A model generated the notes under the pieces. That model was not told where the DNA came from, made no database searches, and worked only from the letters and a program-made list of their open reading frames with translations. Positions 1 through 9,935 of a stretch of DNA of 64,000 nucleotides are shown here, in pieces. Origin of the DNA: an uncultured delta proteobacterium (lineage in GTDB: Bacteria; Desulfobacterota; Binatia; UBA9968); NCBI GenBank assembly GCA_963728565.1, contig CAVSLC010000010.1, positions 224,001-288,000 on the forward strand, in the 5' to 3' direction. Each line of letters opens with the position of its first letter. The stretch's first letter is position 1. The position numbers were made by a program, and so were the translations under genes.

Positions 1-689
<689 letters not shown>

Positions 690-765
690 CCCTGCTTTTA
701 CTGCTGTTCACTAGAGCTTGTCTAAGGTTTTATTCCGGAGTTGCCATGTCCGCTAACCATGCGAC

Positions 766-1179
766 TTATACTCGACCTGGGGTGTCGAACAATTGAATCA
801 CTTCTAAATCGTCTTTGGAGTTCAAGGGCTCGTTCGTCCGGGGAGTCATCAAGGCTTGTACTAACAATGCGCTCTTACTGATTGCTTCGCTAATTGCATC
901 TAGGTCTTCGTGAAATTTAATAGGGTCACCTAAGTCATTCTTCATAAGAGTAATGTAACCTTGAATAATACTCATTACGCTGGCGAAATCAGCCATCTCT
1001 TCCTGTATAGCGATTGGATTTTCAGTAAGACTCGACTGGTATTTCTGTTTCTGCAGATTCTCAGGCCAGTCATAGTGACTTTTTGCAGCAATTAGGTCCG
1101 CTGTTATCTGCGAGGCGCGTGCTTCAAGGCGTACGCTAATGTGCTGCAACTCTTCTCGGAGTTTTTCTGCCTGACTCAT
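766..1179 (-). CDS. Hypothetical protein with a HisKA(DHp)-like helical hairpin lacking the phospho-acceptor His
   Basis: 137-aa ORF; EMADFASVMSIIQGYITLMKNDLGDP...HEDLDAISEAISKSALLVQALM resembles the AHDFNNLL..ILGY..L.....LD.I..A...A..L..QLL pattern. Confidence 0.5.
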   Translation of the reverse strand: MSQAEKLREELQHISVRLEARASQITADLIAAKSHYDWPENLQKQKYQSSLTENPIAIQEEMADFASVMSIIQGYITLMKNDLGDPIKFHEDLDAISEAISKSALLVQALMTPRTNEPLNSKDDLEVIQLFDTPGRV

Positions 1180-1322
1180 GTCTCTGGCATGCGCTTATTG
1201 GGAGTGAATGTCCAGATATATTAATCTTTAATTCTATGCGCAGACTTTTAGCCGGTTTGTTTAATACTGAACATACTTCCTCTTGGGCAATGACGTATGC
1301 AGAAGTGGGAGGATCCAAAAAA

Positions 1323-1484
1323 ATGAAATCCAATGAAACGCATGTCCAAAGGTCGTGCGACTCGGAAAGCATAGACGATATACAGGCCGCTTTATTCTTT
1401 ACCCATTTAGACGCCCGATTCCACGACGGTGAAAAGCGTCCACTCGAAAAAGAGATAGACACGTGGGTGGACAAACAAAGATGA
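1323..1484 (+). CDS. Small hypothetical protein (MKSNETHVQRSCDSESIDDIQAALFFTHL...)
   Basis: GGGAGG at ~1307-1312 upstream of ATG 1323; divergent from 766..1179; no recognised motif. Confidence 0.3.
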   Translation: MKSNETHVQRSCDSESIDDIQAALFFTHLDARFHDGEKRPLEKEIDTWVDKQR

Positions 1485-1535
1485 CCGATGTTGATCAGTA
1501 TCGGGGAACTAGGATTCGGAAAATTTGACGATAAT

Positions 1536-1717
1536 TGTGTTGTTGGATTCAGAATGCGCTGGCAAACCGCACGCTCCTCCAGCAGCTTCTGCTTGAACTC
1601 CGCGTCCGTGATGCCGCCCTACTCAATCAACAGCTTCGTGAGTGCGTCTGTCCTGGCGAAGGTTGAGATCATGAGTTCTTGCAGCGATACGGTTTTGGTT
1701 TTGTCGAGTTCTGCCAT
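1536..1717 (-). pseudogene. Small helical protein with an in-frame TAG (MAELDKTKTVSLQELMISTFARTDALTKLLIE*GGITDAEFKQKLLEERAV...)
   Basis: ATG 1717 lies just after the SBP stop at 1725; TAG at 1621-1619 where Lys (AAG) would fit an LIEKG.IT..EF pattern; 3' end approximate. Confidence 0.5.
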
Positions 1718-1724
1718 TGCGTCC

Positions 1725-2819
1725 CTACTTAATCACCTTGTTCGCCCGCTCGAGCACCTCGACCGGAATTGTCAGACCGATCTGTTTTGCCGCCTTAAGA
1801 TTAACGATGAATTCAAACTTCGACGCCTGCTGCACCGGCAGATCAGCCGGTTTGGCACCTTTCAAAATCTTGTCCACGTAAACAGCCGCGCGCCGGTAGA
1901 GGTCATCGTAATCCGCTCCGTAGGACATGAGCCCGCCCTCATCGACAAACTCCTTCTGAATGTAAATAGCCGGCAGCCGATATCTGCCGGCAAGCTCGAC
2001 AATCCGCTTTCTTTCGGCGAAAAGGCGGCGCCCAGCACTTGTCATGATCGCGTCGACCTGCTTCTGCTTTGCCGCTTGAAAGGCGCTTTCCAGACCTTTG
2101 CGGTCAGGTTTAGTTTCGATTTCTTCTAGTTTCAGTTTCAGCGCCACCGCCGCAGGCCTGAGTTCTTTAATTTGCGGGTTGAATAGGCTATCCGCCGATG
2201 ACCGCAGAAATCCAAATCCGACAAGCTTGGGAACTGCATCCTTAAGTATCTCTAGCCTTTTGGTGTTTAGTTCAGGCGCTAAACTAGACATCCCCGTGAC
2301 ATTGCCACCCGGCCGCGCCAAACTGGAAACTAACCCTGAAGCCACGGGGTCCCCGGCGTTTGTCATCACGATTGGTATGGTAGTGGTGGCGTTCTTAGCC
2401 GCCAACACCGGTTGTGTCGATGCGGCAACAATTAGATCGACCTTAAAACGAACCAAGTCCGCTGCAAGCTCGGGCAAGCGATCATTCTTTTGCTCTGCAA
2501 ACCGGTATTCGATCGCAATGTTCTTTCCCTCAGTCCAGCCAAGCTTGCTCAGCTCTTGCCGGAACGCGTCTATGAGGACCGCGCTACCGGAAGCAGTGCT
2601 TCCGTCCAGGTAGCCTATACGGAGGACTTTTCCTACCTGCTGCGCCGAGACCCAAGCCCCACTAAAGACGAATGTGAAAGCGATCACGAAAATCCCCACC
2701 CATTTTAGACTTTGGATTTTAGATTTTAGATTGTTCACGGAAAAAGATTCCGACCGGATCATCTTCCGGACCGGTTTTCTCCGCAATCCAAAATCCAAAA
2801 TCGCAAATCCAAAATTCAC
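1725..2819 (-). CDS. ABC transporter substrate-binding protein (PF04392/ABC_sub_bind-like)
   Basis: Signal ending AQQ; RIGYL, NIAIEYR.AE, DPVASGLVSSLARPGGNVTG, GAKPADLPVQQ, NLKAAKQIGLTIP motifs; ATGA overlap with upstream gene; alternative start 2763. Confidence 0.93.
   Translation of the reverse strand: MNFGFAILDFGLRRKPVRKMIRSESFSVNNLKSKIQSLKWVGIFVIAFTFVFSGAWVSAQQVGKVLRIGYLDGSTASGSAVLIDAFRQELSKLGWTEGKNIAIEYRFAEQKNDRLPELAADLVRFKVDLIVAASTQPVLAAKNATTTIPIVMTNAGDPVASGLVSSLARPGGNVTGMSSLAPELNTKRLEILKDAVPKLVGFGFLRSSADSLFNPQIKELRPAAVALKLKLEEIETKPDRKGLESAFQAAKQKQVDAIMTSAGRRLFAERKRIVELAGRYRLPAIYIQKEFVDEGGLMSYGADYDDLYRRAAVYVDKILKGAKPADLPVQQASKFEFIVNLKAAKQIGLTIPVEVLERANKVIK
2703..2816. repeat. Inverted heptamer-repeat element (TTTTRGA)n...(AATCCAA)n
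   Basis: ttttagactttggattttagattttagatt (2703-2732) and aatccaaaatccaaaatcgcaaatccaaaatt (2785-2816). Confidence 0.85.
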
Positions 2820-3793
2820 TTGATGACCCTAACTGCTCGTGCCAGAACGTTTTGTGGAATTGTCAGTCCGATCTGCTTTGCCGTATTCAGATTGATTACC
2901 AGCTCGAACTCGGTTGCCTGCTCGACCGGTAGGTCGGCTGGCTTGGCTCCCTTCAGGATCTTGTCCACATAGATGGCAGCGCGTTTGTAACTCGCAGCTT
3001 GGTCCGCTGAATAGGACATCAGCCCACCGGCGTCGACGTAATCGCTTTGCTCGTTTGCAGAAGGTAGCCGGTTCTTGATGGCAAGCTCGGCAATCTTCTC
3101 CGCATGCGGATTAAGCACAGCATTGCTAATCGTGAGGAGGGCGCCAGCGCGCGCTCTTCCTGCAGCTTGGAACGCATCATCTAGATCCGGATGAGGGCCG
3201 CGAACTCCGATCGATTGGAGCTGTATCTTTAAAGTGCGCGCAGGCGTCTCATACATTTTGAAGTCACTGATTGAGGTCGCATTCATAAGAGCAGCGACAC
3301 GCGATATTCCGGGGAGCACCTCCTTTAATAATTCGAGCCGTTTTCCGCTTAGCTCTCTTTGAAGCGTGGTTACCCCCGTGATATTGCCACCAGGCTTAGC
3401 CAGGCTGTTGATGAATCCGGCCGCCACCGGATCCTGAGTTGTCACCATCACAATGGGGATGGTCTTGGTCGCTTGCTTGGCGGCGCGGATCGATGGTTGG
3501 GCTCTAACGACAAGCACATCAACTTTCTGTTGCACAAGTTCGTTAACGAGCCGTGGAATCTGATCGGTTCTGCCGCTAATGTGGCGATACTCAACCAGAA
3601 TGTTTTTCCCCTCCGTATAACCAACTTGATTAAGCGCCTGACGGAATGCCTCCACCTGAGTCCCGGGTCGATCTAGATTGCCAGCGGACACAAATCCGAT
3701 CCGGGGGACTTTCTTCGGCTGCTGCGCCTCAAGTGGAAAGCTAAGCGCGCAGAGCATGGCGCAGAGCGTAAGACCGTAGAAGTTTCTTCTCAT
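2816..3793 (-). CDS. ABC transporter substrate-binding protein (PF04392-like)
   Basis: Signal MRRNFYGLTLCAMLCALSFPLEAQQ; same conserved motifs; start chosen after GGAG. Confidence 0.93.
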   Translation of the reverse strand: MRRNFYGLTLCAMLCALSFPLEAQQPKKVPRIGFVSAGNLDRPGTQVEAFRQALNQVGYTEGKNILVEYRHISGRTDQIPRLVNELVQQKVDVLVVRAQPSIRAAKQATKTIPIVMVTTQDPVAAGFINSLAKPGGNITGVTTLQRELSGKRLELLKEVLPGISRVAALMNATSISDFKMYETPARTLKIQLQSIGVRGPHPDLDDAFQAAGRARAGALLTISNAVLNPHAEKIAELAIKNRLPSANEQSDYVDAGGLMSYSADQAASYKRAAIYVDKILKGAKPADLPVEQATEFELVINLNTAKQIGLTIPQNVLARAVRVIK

Positions 3794-3838
3794 GAGTCTC
3801 CACACATGTCTTCGGCGAACCCTGGTCGTCGCTCCGAG

Positions 3839-4867
3839 CTATCTAATGACCTTGTCCGCTCGCGCGAGCACGCTCTGCGGAATCGTCAAGCCGATTTGCT
3901 TCGCCGTTTTCAGATTGATCATCAGCTCGAACTTCGTCGGTTGCTCCACGGGTAGGTCGGCGGGCTTAGCGCCTTTGAGAATCCTATCAACGTAGACGGC
4001 GACACGACGGTAGCTGTCTACTACATCCGCCCCATAGAACATGAGCCCGCCGGCATCTACAGCTTCTGCGTTGTTGTATATCGACGGTAACCGACTCTTT
4101 AACGCGAAGCCGGCAATCCGCTTATAGATAACCCACACTCGTGTGCCTGAGAGCACGTACAATCCGTCCGGGTGCTCTTTGATAAACGCAGCGAATGCTC
4201 GCTCGAAACCGTCCGGGTCTGGTACCTCCCAAGGCTGAATAGCTAGTTTCAGCAAACCCGCTGTCATTGGGAGAACTTCTTTCACCTCGCGTACATGGGA
4301 AGGATTGACTGGATCGTAGAGAACCGCGACACGGGCAAGTTTGGGAACGGCTTCTTTGAGCAGTTCCAACCGCTTTCCCCCCAGTTCTCGCGCAAGGTTT
4401 GTAAGGCCGGTGACGTTGGCGCCGGGACGGGCGAGGCTTTCGATCAGCCCTGCCTCGACGGGATCGGATCCGCCCGCCATAACGATCGGAATCGTTTTGG
4501 TCGCATTCTTTACCGCCCGGACCGGCGTGTTCCCTCCTGCCACGACGAGGACATCAACCTTGAGACGCACCAGCTCGGTCGCAAGTTCAGGAAAGCGATC
4601 GCGCTTGCCCTCCGCGTATCGGTACTCCGCGGCAATGTTCTGTCCTTCTATGTAGCCAAGCTCGCGGAGAGCCAGTCGAGTTGCCTCGAAAACAGTGGAC
4701 TCACTAGCGGGACTGCCAGGTAATAGATATCCTATTCGCGGCAGTTTCGTTTGCTGCTGCGCTTCCGTCTGCGGGCCAAACGCAAAGAGCATGGTGCAAA
4801 GCGCAAAGGCAACGAGTTTAACTTTTGTCTTAGCGCCTAATGCCTGGTGCCTAATGCCTGGTTTCAT
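3839..4867 (-). CDS. ABC transporter substrate-binding protein (PF04392-like)
   Basis: AQQQTKLPRIGYL; DPVEAGLIESLARPGANVTG; GAKPADLPVEQPTKFEL; ATGA overlap with upstream paralogue. Confidence 0.93.
   Translation of the reverse strand: MKPGIRHQALGAKTKVKLVAFALCTMLFAFGPQTEAQQQTKLPRIGYLLPGSPASESTVFEATRLALRELGYIEGQNIAAEYRYAEGKRDRFPELATELVRLKVDVLVVAGGNTPVRAVKNATKTIPIVMAGGSDPVEAGLIESLARPGANVTGLTNLARELGGKRLELLKEAVPKLARVAVLYDPVNPSHVREVKEVLPMTAGLLKLAIQPWEVPDPDGFERAFAAFIKEHPDGLYVLSGTRVWVIYKRIAGFALKSRLPSIYNNAEAVDAGGLMFYGADVVDSYRRVAVYVDRILKGAKPADLPVEQPTKFELMINLKTAKQIGLTIPQSVLARADKVIR
4780..4861. repeat. Heptamer repeats in SBP leader/signal peptide
   Basis: cgcctaa-tgcctgg-tgcctaa-tgcctgg (4834-4861) and acgcaaa-gagcatg-gtgcaaa-gcgcaaa (4780-4807). 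Confidence 0.7.
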
Positions 4868-5911
4868 TTGATCACCTTATCTGCTCGCGCCAGCACATTC
4901 GGCGAAATTGTCAGACCAATCTGCTTGGCCGTCTTGAGATTGATGACCAGCTCGAACTTCGACGACTGTTCCACCGGGAGATCGGCGGGCTTGGCGCCCT
5001 TGAGGATTTTGTCCAGGTACCAGGCCACGCGCCAATAGCTGTCCGCGGGGTCCGCGTCGTAAGACATGAGCCCACCGGCGTCTACATACTGTATATTGCT
5101 GCCCACGGATGGTAACCGGGTCTTCAACGCAAAGCTCACGATCCGTTTCAGGTTAGCCGTCATTAGCGGGCTCGTGGTCACGTAGAGTCCATCCGGGCGC
5201 TGCTTATTCAGCGCAGCGAATATCTTCTCGAAACCGTCACTGCCTTGTACCTCCCAAGACCGAACCGTCAACCCCAGCGCCCGCTCCGCTCCTGGGAGAA
5301 CGTCTTTCAGCTCGCGTAAACTGCCCGGATTGGCCGACTCGTGGAGAACCGCGATACGAACAACTGTGGGAACGGCTTCTTTGAGCAACTCCAGCCGCTT
5401 ACCACCTAGTTCTCTGGTAAGGTTTGTAATGCCGGTAACGTTGCCGCCGGGACGGGCAAGGCTTTCAACTAGGCCCCCCGCGACAGGGTCGATCCCACTG
5501 CCTCCCATAACGATAGGAATCGTCTTGGTCGCATTCTTGGCCGCCCTAATCCCCATGATTCCTCCTGCTACCACGACGATATACCTTGAGACGCACCAGC
5601 TCGTTCACAAGCTCCGGAAGCCGATCTTGCTTCCCCTCCGCATATCGATACTCGATGGTGATGTTCTGTCTTCTATGTAGCCAAGCTCGCGGAGACCCAG
5701 TCGAATTGCTTGGAAACGTCCGGAGTCACGAGCTTGATCGAGCGTCGATAGATATCCTATCCGAGGGATTTTCTTGCCTGCTGCGCGTCGGCCACAGTCC
5801 CACTCAACACAAGCACCAAAATGAACACCCAAAGCCCCAGCCATTTTGGATTTTCGATTTTGGATTTTAGATTGTCGGATTCCAAAATCAGAACCCGCAT
5901 GCTTTGCTCAT
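4864..5911 (-). pseudogene. ABC substrate-binding protein paralogue broken by about three indels (pseudogene or sequencing error)
   Basis: Signal NLKSKIENPKWLGLWVFILVLVLSGTVADAQQ, KIPRIGYL..., QNITIEYRYAEGKQDRLPEL and VAGG...ARADKVIK lie in different frames; shifts near 5775, 5668, 5582. Confidence 0.8.
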
Positions 5912-5953
5912 TTGTTTCTCCTAATCGAAAATCGCCAAACTGAAATCGAAATT
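5844..5953. repeat. Inverted heptamer-repeat element enclosing RBS/ATG
   Basis: ttttggattttcgattttggattttagatt (5844-5873) and aatcgaaaatcgccaaactgaaatcgaaatt (5923-5953); AGGAGA-N-ATG in the loop on the minus strand. Confidence 0.8.
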
Positions 5954-7010
5954 ATTTGATGACCCTATCCGTCCGTGCCAACACGTTTTGCGGAATCATC
6001 AGGCCAAGAGTCTTGGCGGTCTTTAAGTTGATCACAAGCTCGAACTTCGTGGGCTGCTCGACCGGAAGATCGGCGGGTTTGGCACCTTTCAGAATCTTTT
6101 CGACCATCAGCGCCGCGCGCTGGTATCGTTCGATAGCGTCAGATCCGTAGGACATTAACCCGCCGTTGGCGACGAATTCTCTTCCAGCGCCGATAGCCGG
6201 CAACCGATATTTTGTGGCAAGGTTGATGATTTGTACTTGATTAGTAGTGAGCAACGCACCTGCGGTCACGACGAGAGCGCTGTTATGCGCTTTAGCGGCC
6301 TCTTTGAACTCGCTATCTAATTGATCGGCGCTGTTTACCGCGATGGAATGAAGTTGCAGATCCAGCTCCTTTGCCGCGGGTTGGCTTTCTTTCCATACTT
6401 GCGTAGAGCCCGCGTTTTGCGGATTCCACAGCACCGCGACCCGAGCAAGCTTGGGAACGGTTTCCTTGAGCAACTCCAGTCTTTTGCCAGCCAATTCAGA
6501 GGCTATACTGCTGACCCCTGTAAGGTTCCCTCCAGGTCTCGCCAGGCTGTCAACCAGACCAAGCACAACAGGATCGGATCCCGCCCCCAGAAAAACGATG
6601 GGGATTGTTTTAGTAGCGTTCTTGGCGGCGCCCGTGTCATTGGACCCTGGCGTGATGATCACGTCGACCTTGAGACGGACCAGCTCATCAGCCAGGACGG
6701 GAAGCCGGTCGTACTTAGTATCGGCGAACCGATGGATAAAAATTACGTTCTTGCCGTCGACATAACCAAGTTTCCGGAACTCTCGCTTGAACGATTCGTG
6801 CCACGGTCGGGAACTGGGACCAGATCCAAGAAACCCAATCTTCGGTATCTTTATCGGCTGCTGGGCCTCAACGACTGGTACAGCCACCAGGAACAGGAAA
6901 GCGATGACCCAAACCCCGAGCCAACTTAGATTTTCGATTGACGATCCTTCGTCATGGCTCAGTACAGCTTTTGGACTGTCGTAAAGGGACTTCGAGGGGC
7001 AAACGTCCAT
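5952..7010 (-). CDS. ABC transporter substrate-binding protein (PF04392-like)
   Basis: AQQPIKIPKIGFL; DPVVLGLVDSLARPGGNLTG; GAKPADLPVEQPTKFELVINLKTAK. Confidence 0.92.
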   Translation of the reverse strand: MDVCPSKSLYDSPKAVLSHDEGSSIENLSWLGVWVIAFLFLVAVPVVEAQQPIKIPKIGFLGSGPSSRPWHESFKREFRKLGYVDGKNVIFIHRFADTKYDRLPVLADELVRLKVDVIITPGSNDTGAAKNATKTIPIVFLGAGSDPVVLGLVDSLARPGGNLTGVSSIASELAGKRLELLKETVPKLARVAVLWNPQNAGSTQVWKESQPAAKELDLQLHSIAVNSADQLDSEFKEAAKAHNSALVVTAGALLTTNQVQIINLATKYRLPAIGAGREFVANGGLMSYGSDAIERYQRAALMVEKILKGAKPADLPVEQPTKFELVINLKTAKTLGLMIPQNVLARTDRVIK

Positions 7011-7062
7011 TGGTTTGTTCTCTTGGATTTTAATCGAAAATCTAAAATCGAAATCCGAAATC
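6925..7062. repeat. Degenerate inverted heptamer-repeat element
   Basis: cttagattttcgatt (~6925-6939) and aatcgaaaatctaaaatcgaaatccgaaatc (7032-7062) flank ATG 7010. Confidence 0.7.
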
Positions 7063-8100
7063 TTATTTTATGACCTTGTCCGCTCGCGCCAGCACGCTCG
7101 GCGGAATGATAAGGCCGATCTGTTTCGCCGTTTTCAAATTGATGATGAACTCGAATTTTGTGGGCCGCTCTATCGGCAAGTCGGCAGGCCTAGCGCCTTT
7201 GAGAATTTTGTCGACGAAATACGCGACCCGGCGGTCGCTGTCCACGCGGTCCGCCCCGTAGGACATCAGCCCACCGGCATCTACGAATTCTCTGGTAAAG
7301 TACATCGACGGAATCCGGCTCTTTAACGCAAACTCGACAATCGGTTTTTCGTTTACACGCATTATCGTGCCGCCGAGCACGTAAAGCCCATCGGGATGCT
7401 GTTTGCTCATCGCGGCGAATACGCTCTCAAAAGCGTCCGCATGTCGTACCTCATAAAGCTGAATCGTCAACCCGATCGCACGCGCCGCAACCGGGAGATC
7501 CTCTTTTAGCTGGCGCACACTACCCAGAGCGGCCGGATTGTAGAGAGCCGCGACACGACCAAGTTTGGGAACGGTTTGTTTGAACAGCTCCAGCCGCTTT
7601 CCGCCTAATTCTCCGGTAAGGTTTGTAAGACCGGTGACGTTGCCGCCGGGACGGGCAAGATTTTCGACCAGTGCTGCCTCAACAGGATCAATTCCTTGGC
7701 CTGACATGACGATCGGAATCGTCTTGGTCGCGTTCTTGGCCGCCCGGGCTACTGTGTCGGCTCCTACTGCCACTATGATATCAACGTTGAGACGCACCAG
7801 CTCGGCCGCAATCTCAGGGAGCCGATCGAGCTGTCCCTCTGCATAACGATACTCAGTGACGGTGTTCTGTCCTTCAACGTAGCCTATCTCCCGCAGAGCC
7901 AGCGTAAACCGGGTGTTACGAGCTGCAGCGGTTCCTCCTGATAAATACCCTATATGGAAGACTCTCTTCGCTTGCTGCGCCTCGACGGCAGAGCACGGAG
8001 CAAGGAGAAGGGAGCATAGAGCAAGGAAAATGATTTTCTTACTCATTGCTGTCCGTCCTGCTTTTCCGATCTCTGACATCTGATCTCGGACCTCGGTCAT
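7063..8100 (-). CDS. ABC transporter substrate-binding protein (PF04392-like)
   Basis: MSKKIIFLALCSLLLAPCSAVEAQQ signal (alternative start 8046); conserved motifs; ATGA overlap at 8097-8100. Confidence 0.93.
   Translation of the reverse strand: MTEVRDQMSEIGKAGRTAMSKKIIFLALCSLLLAPCSAVEAQQAKRVFHIGYLSGGTAAARNTRFTLALREIGYVEGQNTVTEYRYAEGQLDRLPEIAAELVRLNVDIIVAVGADTVARAAKNATKTIPIVMSGQGIDPVEAALVENLARPGGNVTGLTNLTGELGGKRLELFKQTVPKLGRVAALYNPAALGSVRQLKEDLPVAARAIGLTIQLYEVRHADAFESVFAAMSKQHPDGLYVLGGTIMRVNEKPIVEFALKSRIPSMYFTREFVDAGGLMSYGADRVDSDRRVAYFVDKILKGARPADLPIERPTKFEFIINLKTAKQIGLIIPPSVLARADKVIK
7991..8099. repeat. Heptamer repeats encoding SBP leader and signal h-region
   Basis: gagcacg-gagcaag-gagaagg-gagcata-gagcaag (7991-8025) and tccgatc-tctgaca-tctgatc-tcggacc-tcggtca (8065-8099). 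Confidence 0.8.
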
Positions 8101-9122
8101 CGGATCACCCGGTCCGCTCTCGCCAACACATTCGGCAGAATCGTGGCGCCGATCTGTTTGGCGGTCTTCAAGTTGATGACCAAATCGAATTTTGTCGGCT
8201 GCTCCACCGGAATGTTTGCAGGATTGGCGCCCCTGAGGATTTTGTCGACTAAGACAGCAGCCCGGATGTAATTATCAGCATCGTTGGCAGAGTAGGCTAC
8301 GAGTCCACCGGCCTCTACATAATTACTTGTCTCGCCCATGGAGGGCAGGCGGTTCTTTATCGCAAGCTCTGCGATCTGCTTCGAATTACGGCGGACTAAG
8401 GCATTGTTGACGATGACGAGGGCGCCTAAACGATCTTTGACGGCATTACGAAATGTGTTCTCAAGATCAGGCGCGGCACCCTTAATCGGGAGCGACTGAA
8501 GTTCAATCGTTAGCGCACGCGCCGTAGCTTCGTATTTGTGAAAAGCACTAGCGGCTCCTGGCGCGTCCGCATCCCAAATGACGCCTACTCGCGATACTTT
8601 CGGAATCGACTCTTGAAGCAGTTCCAGCCGTTTTCCACCCAATTCGCGGATGAGTCTGCTGATACCCGTGATATTTCCGCCCGGATGCGCCAAGCTTTGT
8701 ACCAGCCCGGTGGCAACTGGATCTGAAAGGATCACCATGACAATCGGAATCGTCTTGGTAACTTGCTTGGCTGCTTGGACCGCTGTTAAAGCTGTCAGGA
8801 CAAGGACATCGGGTTTGAGTTTTACGAGTTCGGCGACCAGCTCTGGCAGACGATCCTGTTGTCCTTCAGCATAACGATACTCAACCAGTATATTTTTCTG
8901 CTCGACATAACCGAGATTGCGCAGCCCTTGGCGAAATGCCTCTACGGATGGGCTGGGATCGCGAACATCGCCAGTCGATGACAGAAACCCGACGCGCGCG
9001 ATCTTTGTCGGCTGTTGCGCATTGACGGGGACACTAAATGCCAGAAACAAAATGCAAAGGGTGAAGCGGAGGTGTTTACTAGCTATACGTTCGCTCGTCG
9101 GCCGGCCGGTGCTTGAGATCAC
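8097..9122 (-). CDS. ABC transporter substrate-binding protein (PF04392-like)
   Basis: FTLCILFLAFSVPVNAQQPTKIARVGFL; DPVATGLVQSLAHPGGNITG; start placed at GTG 9122, which overlaps the relic TGA (track extends to 9281). Confidence 0.9.
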   Translation of the reverse strand: MISSTGRPTSERIASKHLRFTLCILFLAFSVPVNAQQPTKIARVGFLSSTGDVRDPSPSVEAFRQGLRNLGYVEQKNILVEYRYAEGQQDRLPELVAELVKLKPDVLVLTALTAVQAAKQVTKTIPIVMVILSDPVATGLVQSLAHPGGNITGISRLIRELGGKRLELLQESIPKVSRVGVIWDADAPGAASAFHKYEATARALTIELQSLPIKGAAPDLENTFRNAVKDRLGALVIVNNALVRRNSKQIAELAIKNRLPSMGETSNYVEAGGLVAYSANDADNYIRAAVLVDKILRGANPANIPVEQPTKFDLVINLKTAKQIGATILPNVLARADRVIR

Positions 9123-9181
9123 TGGATCAACTTGTTTGCTCTCGCCAGCACGCTTCCCGGGACTGTCAGGCCGATCTGCTT
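9119..9181 (-). pseudogene. 3' relic of a further SBP paralogue
   Basis: Translates KQIGLTVPGSVLARANKLIQ*, matching the KQIGLTIPQSVLARADKVIR C-terminus of neighbours; no SBP sequence upstream. Confidence 0.8.
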
Positions 9182-9298
9182 CGTGTGTCAGTTCGCCTAG
9201 CCCAGATCGGCAATCGAAATCAGAATCTTGGCTTATCCAGCGGATCATCAGAGTTAGTTTTCGACTAAATCCCAAAAACATCTCATAGAGCTCAAACT

Positions 9299-9332
9299 AA
9301 AAAGGCCCGACCGGTGTGAAACCAATCGGGCC
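9299..9332 (-). terminator. Intrinsic terminator
   Basis: Minus strand GGCCCGATTGGT-TTCAC-ACCGGTCGGGCC followed by TTTTT. Confidence 0.7.
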
Positions 9333-9935
9333 CAATGAAAGGATGGTAAGGGTTGCAGCCTGAACAGCGTCAGCCGGATGTTTTTGTTTTTGCTAGTTTG
9401 CGACCACGTTACCAGTGCGCTTAAACTACCATTGTAGGCCGCTAATAGATCACCTCCGCTGATTTGTTGACGCTTTGCTGTCGAGCGAATCCATCCGAAA
9501 TAGCTGCCTAGAGATTCATTGAGCAATCGCGAGGCCAGCGCTCGCTACTCTCTTAAGCAGCTCGGCACTATGAAACTGAAGAAAAATCTCATCATTCACT
9601 CGCTTTTCGATCGTGCGAGAGCCAGATCGATGTATCCGTTTGACTACCAGCCATAGCAAATTTGATTCGGGCTTGAGATATAAACCCCTGTTCCAACAAG
9701 TTGCTCCTTAAGTGACTTTTGCTGGGGCGGGGTAGGGAACCCCACTGGCCTCCAGCACCGGCGTTTGACTGACGCCAGGCGTCGCTACTAAGTAAATCGC
9801 ACGCCTAAGCAATCATTTCAGGTCCGTCCCAATCGTTTGCCGGTTTGCTCAGCTTTGGGGCTTGTAGTAATGAGAGACACAGACAACCGACGGAACATCT
9901 CAGGAACCGAATCAATAAGTAGCTCAGAAACGATA

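Noticed and set aside
1619-1621. Pyrrolysine or amber read-through
   Set aside because: No pyl genes in the window; one substitution from AAG explains it
2703-8099. Heptamer runs as phase-variable slippage tracts or a CRISPR array
   Set aside because: Units are degenerate and only 4-5 long, with no repeat-spacer structure
9123-9281. N-terminal extension of ORF 8097..9281
   Set aside because: Overlaps an out-of-frame relic of another paralogue; GTG 9122 is a better start
1488-9288. Many plus-strand ORFs over the SBP array (e.g. 1488..2129, 6321..6929, repeated MTLSARAST... peptides)
   Set aside because: Antisense shadows of the conserved minus-strand paralogues; they recur because the sense genes do
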